Of a DNA stretch of 64,000 nt, positions 8,385-17,293 are shown in pieces. The DNA is from a virus: the IMG/VR virus record IMGVR_UViG_3300032308_002246, positions 1 to 64,000 of that record; one strand, written 5' to 3'. Made by a program: the position numbers and the translations under genes. Within the stretch, counting starts at the first letter, position 1. Each line of letters opens with the position of its first letter. The notes under the pieces were generated by a model, which did no database searches, was not told where the DNA came from, and was given only the letters and a program-made list of their open reading frames with translations.

Positions 8385-8559
8385 GCGTTGAACATTAGGG
8401 GAAATACTTGCGCCTTGCAACCCACAAGGGCTGTGACTTTTGTCATCCGCCACCGTCACTTTTTGTTTTCTTTCCTGGAGCCGGCCGTGCGAATTGCAGT
8501 CCCGACTGGGGTGCGTGAGGTTTCCCGGCAGAAGGGCAGGGGGAAGAAGAAGGCGGGGC

Positions 8560-8835
8560 TTACGAACGCTGATGCAACTTGACGTTGCGACCATTGATGT
8601 CGTCATCCCAAAAAGAATGCACTAATTCCATCTCAACAGTGCTTGAAGTGTGCTTTTCTTTATTACTGCACGACGCTTGCATTGCAGGAACGCCAATAGT
8701 AACCTCATACCCACAGTTAGGGCAACGCCATAATTCCGTACGGGACTGTGGTTTACTTTTCTTGCGTGTCATAGTCATTTCATTTTGCATCATTTTGCTC
8801 CATCCTGGCGAAAGAGATACTAATAGGCAGGACAA
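8560..8835 (-). CDS. small Zn-ribbon protein
   Basis: WRCPNCG...CSNKEKH; the true start is probably near 8770-8793. Confidence 0.5.
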   Translation of the reverse strand: MSCLLVSLSPGWSKMMQNEMTMTRKKSKPQSRTELWRCPNCGYEVTIGVPAMQASCSNKEKHTSSTVEMELVHSFWDDDINGRNVKLHQRS

Positions 8836-8855
8836 CTCTTTTACTGCATGTCCTT

Positions 8856-11800
8856 TAGTCCCGCCAAATGGACTCTAATCACAATCCCCGCTCAATTGCA
8901 ACCTCGCTCTGGTTCCGCTTCGCAGCCCAGATTACGCCAGACTTCGTCGTGGCTTCACCTGGGTTCCTCGCTACACCAAGGCTCGGTCTTATCTCGCTTT
9001 TTCGACATTCACGCTCCACCTGCACCACCGCTACAAAACGCTTTCCGCTTCGCTACAAGCAGTTTTTCCGCTCAGGTGCTGGTTGCGCGATGAAATGTCT
9101 CAATACTCGAAACATTGATTGCCTGTAATTGCTTTTTAGTCCCGATGCCCCCATGACAACCTCCGTGCTCATTTGGTGACATCGCAAGGCTCCGCAGGCT
9201 CGTTTCGTATGCACTCAAATCCGCTGCCGACAAGCGGCGCGTCTTCAGTGCACCGATGCGTTATCACGCGTCGGCAAGTACTCCACTTGCCTTCTACGCC
9301 GTGCTCAGTAACCAATCGCACTACCAGCGACATTCATGAACTCACGACCGCCCGCTACAGTCCCCGGACTTCGTTCCTCGTCACGGGGAACTTCCGCTAT
9401 CGGTCGTTCCGTTCAATGAAGTGTCTTCCTTGCTTCATTTGATAATTAGTCCCGACTCTCATAACCAAGACCCGGCGATTTACTCATTAACGCATTCTCT
9501 CGGAAACACCGCTCGTGCTCCGCTCGTGTTCGCTTGAAGAGACTTCGGCGCTCCACGAAGCTACGTCACGAGCTCCGTTTCCTGCGCGAAATGCGCACGT
9601 TTATTAGTCCCGATTGATTATTGAATGACAATCCCCGCTTGTTCTTTTTCCCACAAACAGCCTCGCTACTCTCGCAATCCTGCCTCTCCGCCATAGCGAC
9701 GGACCACTTCAATCGCTTCAGTTTGTTTCCCGGGTTGGTGAGTTCTTCGAACCACCAAACTCCATATCGAATCCTGCTTCGATATGTAGTCAAGCCCGTA
9801 CAACAAACATCGCTCATTCGTGTTCCTAGCCATGGCTCCGATTCAGGAACTGCTCGCTCCGCAGGCTTCTTGTGTGAAAAGAGAAACATCGCTACTCACT
9901 AGTCCCGTAATAAGTAATAACACAACTCCGGTAGACGCACTTTCTGTTTCTATCCAACCGCCCGCTTCGCCCGTGCACGCAAGGGCATGCTGCCCACGCA
10001 CGCACGAGGCTACGCTTGGCTACTGGATAGCACCAGAAGAGTGCTCTTATTCAGACTCTTAAGCCCCGTAGATAATTGAATAACAATCACCGCTCGTGTT
10101 CCGAGTACTCCACATTCAACGCTACGTTCGCAATTCTGGCTCTCCGACATCACTGCGGACACTTCAGTCGTTTCAGTTTGCTTGTCGGGTTGGTGAGTTC
10201 TTCGAACCACCAAGCTCATACCAATGGATTGGTATTTCGCCAAGCCCGAACGCAAACATCACTCCTTCGTGTACCTGGCGATGTCTCCAATCCAGAAAAT
10301 GCTTCACTACGCTTTTGAATGTTACGTACTCAGAAACTACATCGCTAAGTTGATAGTCCCGTAAAAAGTAACAAGACAACTACCGTTACTCTCCCTCACA
10401 CTGGTGATGCTCCGCTCGGTGCTCGGTTTCGGAGTAATCCGAATTCCTCACACCGAAACTACGCAGCACCCGTCGCTCGGTCGAGATAACTAACCACTAC
10501 TAATAAAACTTTATAGTCCCGTGCAGATTTATCTAACAACTTTGGCACCAGCGAATTCCCACGGAGCGAGGCATCGAAATCACAAATGATTTCGTGCTCG
10601 CTGAGCGGGGGGCCGTGGGAAGTACGCTTCCTCATCCCGGATGACAGGTATAACTGTTTAGGTTTTTAGCCCCGTACGGACATTGAATGAATAGTTCCCG
10701 CTTATCCATATACGAAATCTTTACCGAGTTCAACGCTACGGATGTTTTCGTCCGCTGCGCAGCCTCAACAACCCTCCGCTTTTGAACCCGGTAACCGTCG
10801 ATTCATAGTTTCGCTGCGCTTCACTAGAATCGCCTAGATTTCTTATCTGTCTAAGCTGTTTGAAAGAAAACATTGATTCAAGCACTAGTTAGTCCCGAGA
10901 CTTCAATAGATGATTATCTTTGATTGCGACATCCCGGATATCCACCTCGTTAGAGCGCTACTCCTGCATTTCTCTGCTCCAGAAGTTCGGTCGCACGGTC
11001 GCTTCGCTTATGCTAGCGCCGAATTGCTGTCGCACTTCGTTGCTTCGCATTTCCCTACGCATACCGCACTCCTCCTTCTGGCTACGAGAAATGACAGTAT
11101 CCGCTTCCCTAACTCGTTGGACAATCCTGCCCGGTTGTTAGTCCCGTATAAAAATACTCACTCACCGCATACATTTTCTTTTCGACCTACGTTCGCTTTG
11201 CGTTTCCTTCGTACCTCGGAACAGCACGCTCACTCCGAGTCGAACGAAAATGCAATGCTTGCTCGCTCGCAAAAACTAGTCCCGTAAAGACAAACATAAA
11301 GCTTTACTTCGCCTCCTCGCTTGCCAGGCAGACGCCCGGCGTCGTTGTCTCATACTTCGCCAACGCACGCTGGGCGGCTGCTCTGGCTTCGTTCGGAATG
11401 CTCATTGTTGTTAGTTATTAGTCCCGTAATGATTTATCTAACAACTCCCGGCAGTGCCGTTTTTCATGGTTTATTAAAAAATACTCCCTCTCTTTTTTTC
11501 TTTTTACCGCTCCAAAAATCGTCGCTTTCGCTCGTGCCTCGCTCAAAAAAGACAAAAAAGAGCCTCTTCCGTATTTTTTAAAAACCAACAGTCGCTCCAC
11601 TCCTTTTCAAAACAGACACATGCCTAACCATGTGGTTATTAGTCCCGTTTTTTATTGTTGAATAAAAGTCCACGCCTACTCGCTTACCTGCGGATGCTTC
11701 CGGCTGTGTCCGCTCTCTTGAGCTACCACAAGCCTTCAGCAGCCGCCCGGTTGCGCTTCGTAAAGCTGTTTGTTGAACATTGCTTATAAAGCATTCTCTA

Positions 11801-12520
11801 TAGTCCCGCAAGCTTCGCTTGCTACAAACATCACAACTTTTGCTCGTACTTCTTTCCTCGCTCAGCGAACGCTCGAAATTCCAGAGTGCTCATTATTTCG
11901 CTCTTAAATCTTTTAAGTACACGCGCTCGTATCTCGCCTCGAAAGACTCACCGCTTGAATGGTCTCTAGTCCCGAAGTTTTACTATTTACATTCAAGCTT
12001 CTCGTCTTCCAACGCTCGCATTCTCACTTGTTCCCTTAAAATCTTTAATCGCAAAATAACTGCGCTTCTGGAACCTTCTCGCTCCCGCTCCGCTCAAAAA
12101 GAAAGTAACTTCGCTGTCTGCTCCCGGCAGTAATTAGTCCCGTGTAAATTTTCATCACAATTACCGCATTGCATACAGTCGAACTGTTGCTTCGCTGTTA
12201 GGGCTTTTGACGCTTCGCTTGCACGTGCGACGTGCACAACGCCCTAAACAGCTGCGCAGCATTCCGACTTCGTACGCAAATGCTTACCCGGTTTCTAGTC
12301 CCGAATATATTTAGATAAAAGTCCCCGGAGAAATTGCCTGCTCGTATTCCGCGAAAATACTCCCTCCATTTTTTCATTTCACGCTATCGCTCTCAGGCTT
12401 ACGGCCTTTGGCCTACAGCCATTCGGAAATAAAATAAATGGAACCTTCCGTATTCTCTTGGAATACCAGTCGCTGCGCTCCTTCTGCGCTCCAATTTACT
12501 CCTGGTAGTTGTTAGTCCCG
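8856..12520. repeat. non-coding array: 19 direct TAG(T/C)CCCG repeats flanking 18 structured cassettes
   Basis: Motif starts at 8856, 9137, 9447, 9605, 9900, 10061(AAGCCCCG), 10354, 10514, 10667(TAGCCCCG), 10890, 11139, 11277, 11419, 11640, 11801, 11967, 12135, 12296, 12513. Intervening units examined are imperfect palindromes, and there are no credible ORFs. Confidence 0.9.
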
Positions 12521-12522
12521 TA

Positions 12523-12741
12523 TTAATTTTGTGGACTAAACGAACAAATCATCTTTCCATCTTTGAGCTCAATGACTTCACATCCAAGGTCATCAAGAAT
12601 CATCGCCGCAACATCTTTGTAGTCTGCAAGTTGTTGTGCAAGCTCTTTGTCCGATAGGCTCTCATCAAAAGCAATATCAAACAGCGAGTCGGCAATCGCA
12701 TTGGTTAACGAAAGCCTTATTTCAAAAGGGTTATTTGCCAT
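12523..12741 (-). CDS. acidic hypothetical protein (leaderless), at the head of the array
   Basis: TAGGCT-N6-ATG; the stop lies 2 nt from the terminal array repeat. Confidence 0.75.
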   Translation of the reverse strand: MANNPFEIRLSLTNAIADSLFDIAFDESLSDKELAQQLADYKDVAAMILDDLGCEVIELKDGKMICSFSPQN

Positions 12742-12811
12742 TGACAGAGCCTAGCATGGGTGATAAGCTGCTTTTGGCGATAAATCAACTGAACACAAGG
12801 AGAATACGAAC

Positions 12812-13291
12812 ATGTCATCAGCGCCAGTAACAATAACCGGAAACCTCACGGCGGACCCAGAAATCCGTTACTTTGACTCAGGAGCAGGAAAGCTTTCATT
12901 CTCTGTTGCGGTCAATAACTTCTGGACCGACGCAAAAGGTGAGAAGCAAGAAAAGACCTCTTACTTCAATGTCATCGCATGGCGCAATCTTGCAGAAGAT
13001 GCCGTGCGTGTTCTTGAAAAGGGAATTCGTGTAACAGTCACGGGTCGCCTTGAGCAAGAGACGTGGGACGACAAGGAATCAGGTAAGAAGCGCTCAGCTG
13101 TGAACATCCTCGCTGATGAAATTGGCGTATCTGTTCGCAACATTGAGACATTGCAGCGCAAGGCAAAGGCAGAGAATGCTTCTGGCAACCCTGTCAACGC
13201 TCGTCCTGCACAGAAAGCACCAGCACGAGCAGGCGCTCGTCCAGCTACAACCCGCAATGACTTTGATTCATTCGGGGAAGAGCCTTTCTGA
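12812..13291 (+). CDS. ssb: single-stranded DNA-binding protein
   Basis: VTITGNLTADPEIRY...VIAWRNLAE...KGIRVTVTGRLEQ; acidic EEPF tail. Confidence 0.97.
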   Translation: MSSAPVTITGNLTADPEIRYFDSGAGKLSFSVAVNNFWTDAKGEKQEKTSYFNVIAWRNLAEDAVRVLEKGIRVTVTGRLEQETWDDKESGKKRSAVNILADEIGVSVRNIETLQRKAKAENASGNPVNARPAQKAPARAGARPATTRNDFDSFGEEPF

Positions 13292-14679
13292 GCCTGACAT
13301 TTGGCAGCCTCTTCGCCGGAGTCGGCGGTTTCGACCTTGGGTTTGAAGCCGCCGACTGGCAATGCCGGTGGCAAGTTGAATGGGACCCTGCGTGCCAGCA
13401 AATACTTAAAAAGCATTGGCCTGACATCCCAAAATATCTTGATGTTAGAGATGTAAAAGGCAATGAAATAGAACCAGTTGACTGCATTAACTTTGGCAGC
13501 CCGTGCCAGGACCTATCCGTGGCCGGTGTCCGAAAAGGTCTCTCTGGTGAGCGCTCTGGTTTATTCCATGAAGCAATAAGAATTATCAAGGAGATGCGTG
13601 ATGCAACAAATGGACAATACCCACGACTCGCAATCTGGGAAAACGTTCCCGGAGCACTTACTTCCAACAAGGGTGCTGACTTTGGGGTCGTCCTCGATGA
13701 AATGGCCAAATCAGGGTGCGTGGCGCTTGACTGGGCAATCCTTGATGCTCAATACTACGGAATCGCCCAGCGACGGCGCCGCATCTTCGTGTGTGCTACA
13801 TACGATATTGGTGCCGCAGAGCGAAGTCCCCTCCCGTTACTACCTGTCCAAGAGGGCGTGCGAAGGCATTCTCAGAAGGGCCGACAGGAGAAACAAAAAG
13901 CTGCCGGAAAAGCTTCGTCAAGCACTGGAAGCAGTAGCGAACAGGGAGTCTTAGCATTTGAGAACAGTGGCTTTGCCAAATGGCAAGAAACAGACAAAGC
14001 TCTAACATTGCGAGCTCGTGACGCAAAAGGCCCTGGAACGATTGTCACAAACGAAGAAGTTTATTCTTTTGACACCCAATTCGGCTCAAATGCAAATGTG
14101 TTCACTGACCATTCACCAACACTCAAAGCTACACAGCAGTCACCAAGTGTTGCCTATGAGAACGATGATTCACCAATAGTGTTTCACCCGCATCGACAAG
14201 ATGGAGTTCGCTTACAAGGCGACACCATCAACACATTGACTGCTTTTATGGGAACCGGTGGACTAAACACACCAATGGTCGCACAAAACGAAGAACTCAA
14301 TGACGGAATAGCAATGACTCTCCGTAGTGGTGGTGACGGTGGAGTGCCATCAAGCAGGGGTGAAAACTTGGTCATTGATGCAATTGCTTACGATGAATAC
14401 AACGACAAGCTTGTTGAAGGTGGAATTCATCATGCAATTAGAGCTGGCACAAAACAGTCAACCGGGGTGTTGCAAAACATGGTGGTTAGACGCCTCTTGC
14501 CAAAAGAATGTGAGATTTTGATGGGATGGCCCGTGGACCACACCAGATGGCGTGCTGACGGAAAAGAACAGCCCGATACAGCGAGGTACAAGCAAACCGG
14601 AAACGGAGTAGCCGCACCTGTAGCTGAATGGCTTGGAAAAATATTCAAAGGACTATTGGATGATTCAGCAAGCAAGTAA
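13288..14679 (+). CDS. C5 cytosine DNA methyltransferase (CTG start)
   Basis: Motif I SLFAGVGGFDLG lies in frame upstream of the track start; also motif IV GSPCQDLS, VI WENVPG, VIII QRRRR, IX RRLLPKECEILMGWP and X YKQTGNGV. Confidence 0.93.
   Translation: MSLTFGSLFAGVGGFDLGFEAADWQCRWQVEWDPACQQILKKHWPDIPKYLDVRDVKGNEIEPVDCINFGSPCQDLSVAGVRKGLSGERSGLFHEAIRIIKEMRDATNGQYPRLAIWENVPGALTSNKGADFGVVLDEMAKSGCVALDWAILDAQYYGIAQRRRRIFVCATYDIGAAERSPLPLLPVQEGVRRHSQKGRQEKQKAAGKASSSTGSSSEQGVLAFENSGFAKWQETDKALTLRARDAKGPGTIVTNEEVYSFDTQFGSNANVFTDHSPTLKATQQSPSVAYENDDSPIVFHPHRQDGVRLQGDTINTLTAFMGTGGLNTPMVAQNEELNDGIAMTLRSGGDGGVPSSRGENLVIDAIAYDEYNDKLVEGGIHHAIRAGTKQSTGVLQNMVVRRLLPKECEILMGWPVDHTRWRADGKEQPDTARYKQTGNGVAAPVAEWLGKIFKGLLDDSASK
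13598..13954 (+). CDS. nested out-of-frame ORF within the methyltransferase (beta-subunit-like)
   Basis: AAGGAG SD at 13588; ESPSDGAASS...VPSRYYLSKRACEGILRRADRRNKKLPEKLRQAL. Confidence 0.65.
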   Translation: MMQQMDNTHDSQSGKTFPEHLLPTRVLTLGSSSMKWPNQGAWRLTGQSLMLNTTESPSDGAASSCVLHTILVPQSEVPSRYYLSKRACEGILRRADRRNKKLPEKLRQALEAVANRES

Positions 14680-15205
14680 AGAACTACCACGCACATGGAA
14701 TGCTGCTTCCGCAGTTGCATTGAGCAAAATACTTCCACCAGATAACGAACAAGTAGAAGTGTGGAGTGGGATATCTGACCTCATTGCAAACATGACTGGT
14801 TCAAGCGAGAACATCATCAAAATGCTCAGGACTCAGCTTGACTTGTTTATCAATGACATGTTTTACGATGATTCAAAAAACGCTTCAACTGAGTGGAGGT
14901 CAATTGGCAGACTCGCCAACATGCTTGCTCTTTCACTTGGCCACAATCTGAATCTTCAGTACGTGCACGAAGTCCTTTGTAAGAAACAACACGACTACGG
15001 ACACGAAAACATTCAACGGTTTGGTAGAGCCGGATTAATGGTTAGGGTCCATGACAAAGTTGCAAGGCTTGAAAATCTAATTGGTAATAGTTCAAAACCA
15101 AACAATGAATCAATCCAGGACAATGTCATGGATGTTATTGGCTATGCAGCTATCGGAATCATGTGGGAATCAGGAACATTCTTGCTAAACCTGGAGCAGG
15201 CATAA
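14633..15205 (+). CDS. DUF1599 / nucleotide-modification-associated domain protein
   Basis: KKQHDYG...GLMVRVHDKVARLENL...NESIQDNVMDVIGYA. Confidence 0.8.
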   Translation: MEKYSKDYWMIQQASKELPRTWNAASAVALSKILPPDNEQVEVWSGISDLIANMTGSSENIIKMLRTQLDLFINDMFYDDSKNASTEWRSIGRLANMLALSLGHNLNLQYVHEVLCKKQHDYGHENIQRFGRAGLMVRVHDKVARLENLIGNSSKPNNESIQDNVMDVIGYAAIGIMWESGTFLLNLEQA

Positions 15206-15355
15206 CCGACAACAAAGAAGAGGAAATCGTTGTTCATAATGGCAACGGTTGGCACGGCCTTCCTTACTACTTGACATCATGCGGTCTTGAAGATGGCTCT
15301 TACCATGTCACTTACAACAAAAATTTAGTCACCTGCAAAGAATGTATTAAAGCTG

Positions 15356-17293
15356 TTAGCGGGTAAGTCCTCGTTTTAGATAGTCAAGCACCAACTGGCT
15401 TGATGAATCATCCGATGAGTCGTCTGACCCCTCTACGGCTGCATTGACTATCGAGCGCTTTGACTGAATTAAGTCATAAATCTGCTCGTCAACAGTACCC
15501 GTGGCTATTGCGTACGTAACCATGACTGAACCCTTTTGGCCCAATCGATGGCATCTGCTGTAAAGCTGGTCAACATCTGCTGGAGTCCATGGAAGCTCCA
15601 CAAACAAGACTTTTTGAGCAGCTGTAAGTGTGTGTCCTGTTTTAGCTGCCTGCATTGAAAGAACTATTACAGGAGCTTCTTCTGTTGAAAGAGTTTGAAA
15701 TTCTTTTTTTGCTTTCTCAACATCCTGCACATCCATACCGCCTTGGATTTTTAAACCACCAAACTCGTTTGCCAAGAAATCAACAACATCTCGATGGTGT
15801 GCAGCAATTACAACTTTTTCACCAGCTTCAATTTGGGTCTTTACCCACTCTTTGATTGAGTCCATCTTACCCTTGGCTGCAAGACGGCGTAGAACCGACA
15901 GCTTTACAAGATGAATATTTGATTCAGCTTTTATTTTTGCAACAACGGCAGCTGAGTATGGTGACTTGCCTATTTCTATTGCAATTTCTTTTGCGCGCTG
16001 AACCAAGTACTCGACTATGTCGTCTTCTGCTTTTTTGTATTCTGCTTTGTGCTTTTCAGAAAGACTGACCACATGCCTGTCATGTATTACATCTGGCAGT
16101 TCCGGAAGAACCTGTTCCTTTGTTCTACGTATGTAGCAAAGAGAACGAAGTATTTCATTCAGCTCCTGAAGGTTTGTTGCACCAGATGTATTCCAATGAC
16201 CCCATTTGTCCTTAAATGCACCGCAGTAGCGCCTATAGAAGCCCCAGGTGCCACCTAGCTCGTTTAGACGGCCAATAATCTCAAGTTGGCTTGCGTACTC
16301 AGCCGGCCTGTTTGTTACAGGCGTACCCGTAAGACACAGAACAACTCCAGACTTGATTGTTTTAGAAATTTTTATAGCTGCCTTGGTGCGTTGAGCAGTT
16401 GGTGTCTTTAGGTAGTGAGATTCGTCGCATATTAATGACTTGTATCCCTTGAGGCTCTTTACCCAGTGATGAATATTTGCATAACCGATTACGATTATGT
16501 CGTGCTCTTCTTCTGGGAAAAAAGAACGGTCAGTAACAACAGTTGCTTTTCTAGATGGAATCCATTTCTCTACTTCGGCTTTCCAGTTGAGCACAAGGTT
16601 TGATGGACACATAACTATCGCCGGGTATACATCCTCACCAAGAGACGCACAGTACTCAAGAGTGGCTAAAGCCTGAAGTGTTTTACCAAGTCCCATGTCG
16701 TCAGCAATGAAGCACCTTCTTGCTTGATGTGCATAAGACACACCAGCCATTTGATATGGAAGTAGAGAGCCAGAAATGTTTGGTATTTTTATTTCTGCAC
16801 TACTAGCCCGTGATGCATCTGCTCGTTTTTTACTAACCTCAGCAAACTCTTCAGCGTCAAGATGCAGTTCTGCCGGTACATCTATCTTGAACATTGCGGC
16901 CCATTGAATTGCTTCACGAACAGCAGTCCTAGGTACCCTCCATGCTTTTGATTTTGAATCCCATGTAACGCCCGGAAGCTGTTTTACTGAGCGAACTTTT
17001 ACTTGGTCGTAATTAAAGCCAAGGTAAATCCAGCTATCGTCGCTCCACATGCCAAACGATTTATTCAGTCGTTTTGGTTCGTCAAATAGCATTATCGATG
17101 TATCAACTTCAAAGTCGTGAAGGATTGCAAAGTCTCTAATCTCCGAAAGAGATGTAGCAGGAGCACGCCAAACACGGGCGAGCTTGTCCCATTTAGCCCC
17201 AGGTATCTTATTAATCGCTGCGACCTCGTCTTGGTCGTATGGAAAGTCGATTATGAGATGGTCGTCATTTAGCCAGAGTCGTTTTTCGTTCAT
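15356..17293 (-). CDS. SNF2-family helicase with two N-terminal HARP-like repeats
   Basis: ADDMGLGKT, DESH, LTGTP and RCHRLGQ motifs; repeated IPGAKWD/LPGVTWD. Confidence 0.93.
   Translation of the reverse strand: MNEKRLWLNDDHLIIDFPYDQDEVAAINKIPGAKWDKLARVWRAPATSLSEIRDFAILHDFEVDTSIMLFDEPKRLNKSFGMWSDDSWIYLGFNYDQVKVRSVKQLPGVTWDSKSKAWRVPRTAVREAIQWAAMFKIDVPAELHLDAEEFAEVSKKRADASRASSAEIKIPNISGSLLPYQMAGVSYAHQARRCFIADDMGLGKTLQALATLEYCASLGEDVYPAIVMCPSNLVLNWKAEVEKWIPSRKATVVTDRSFFPEEEHDIIVIGYANIHHWVKSLKGYKSLICDESHYLKTPTAQRTKAAIKISKTIKSGVVLCLTGTPVTNRPAEYASQLEIIGRLNELGGTWGFYRRYCGAFKDKWGHWNTSGATNLQELNEILRSLCYIRRTKEQVLPELPDVIHDRHVVSLSEKHKAEYKKAEDDIVEYLVQRAKEIAIEIGKSPYSAAVVAKIKAESNIHLVKLSVLRRLAAKGKMDSIKEWVKTQIEAGEKVVIAAHHRDVVDFLANEFGGLKIQGGMDVQDVEKAKKEFQTLSTEEAPVIVLSMQAAKTGHTLTAAQKVLFVELPWTPADVDQLYSRCHRLGQKGSVMVTYAIATGTVDEQIYDLIQSKRSIVNAAVEGSDDSSDDSSSQLVLDYLKRGLTR

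Larger units (their letters stand above)
1608..8570. repeat. six dispersed three-box elements (TCATCCGCCACCGTCA / GYAGTCCCG / GCGGGGCT-N4-AGCT)
   Basis: Copies at 1608-1748, 2628-2690 (middle box degenerate), 5248-5366, 5612-5724, 5864-5970 and 8443-8570, all essentially intergenic. Confidence 0.85.

Noticed and set aside
1608-8570. Three-box elements as cobalamin riboswitches or self-cleaving ribozymes
   Set aside because: CGGGACTG and GCCACCG resemble cobalamin riboswitch fragments, but order and strand do not fit. No hammerhead, twister or pistol core was found.
8848-12133. Short ORFs listed across the array on both strands
   Set aside because: They are S/R/L/F-rich, cross repeat boundaries, lack start signals, and the frames are not preserved between paralogous units.
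8856-12520. CRISPR array
   Set aside because: The repeat is only 8 bp, the spacers are 130-300 bp and internally palindromic, and there are no cas genes in the window.
8856-12520. Integron cassette array or retron/RT-associated array
   Set aside because: There are no consistent GTTRRRY/RYYYAAC ends, no cassette ORFs, and no integrase or reverse transcriptase in the window. A partner elsewhere in the genome cannot be excluded.
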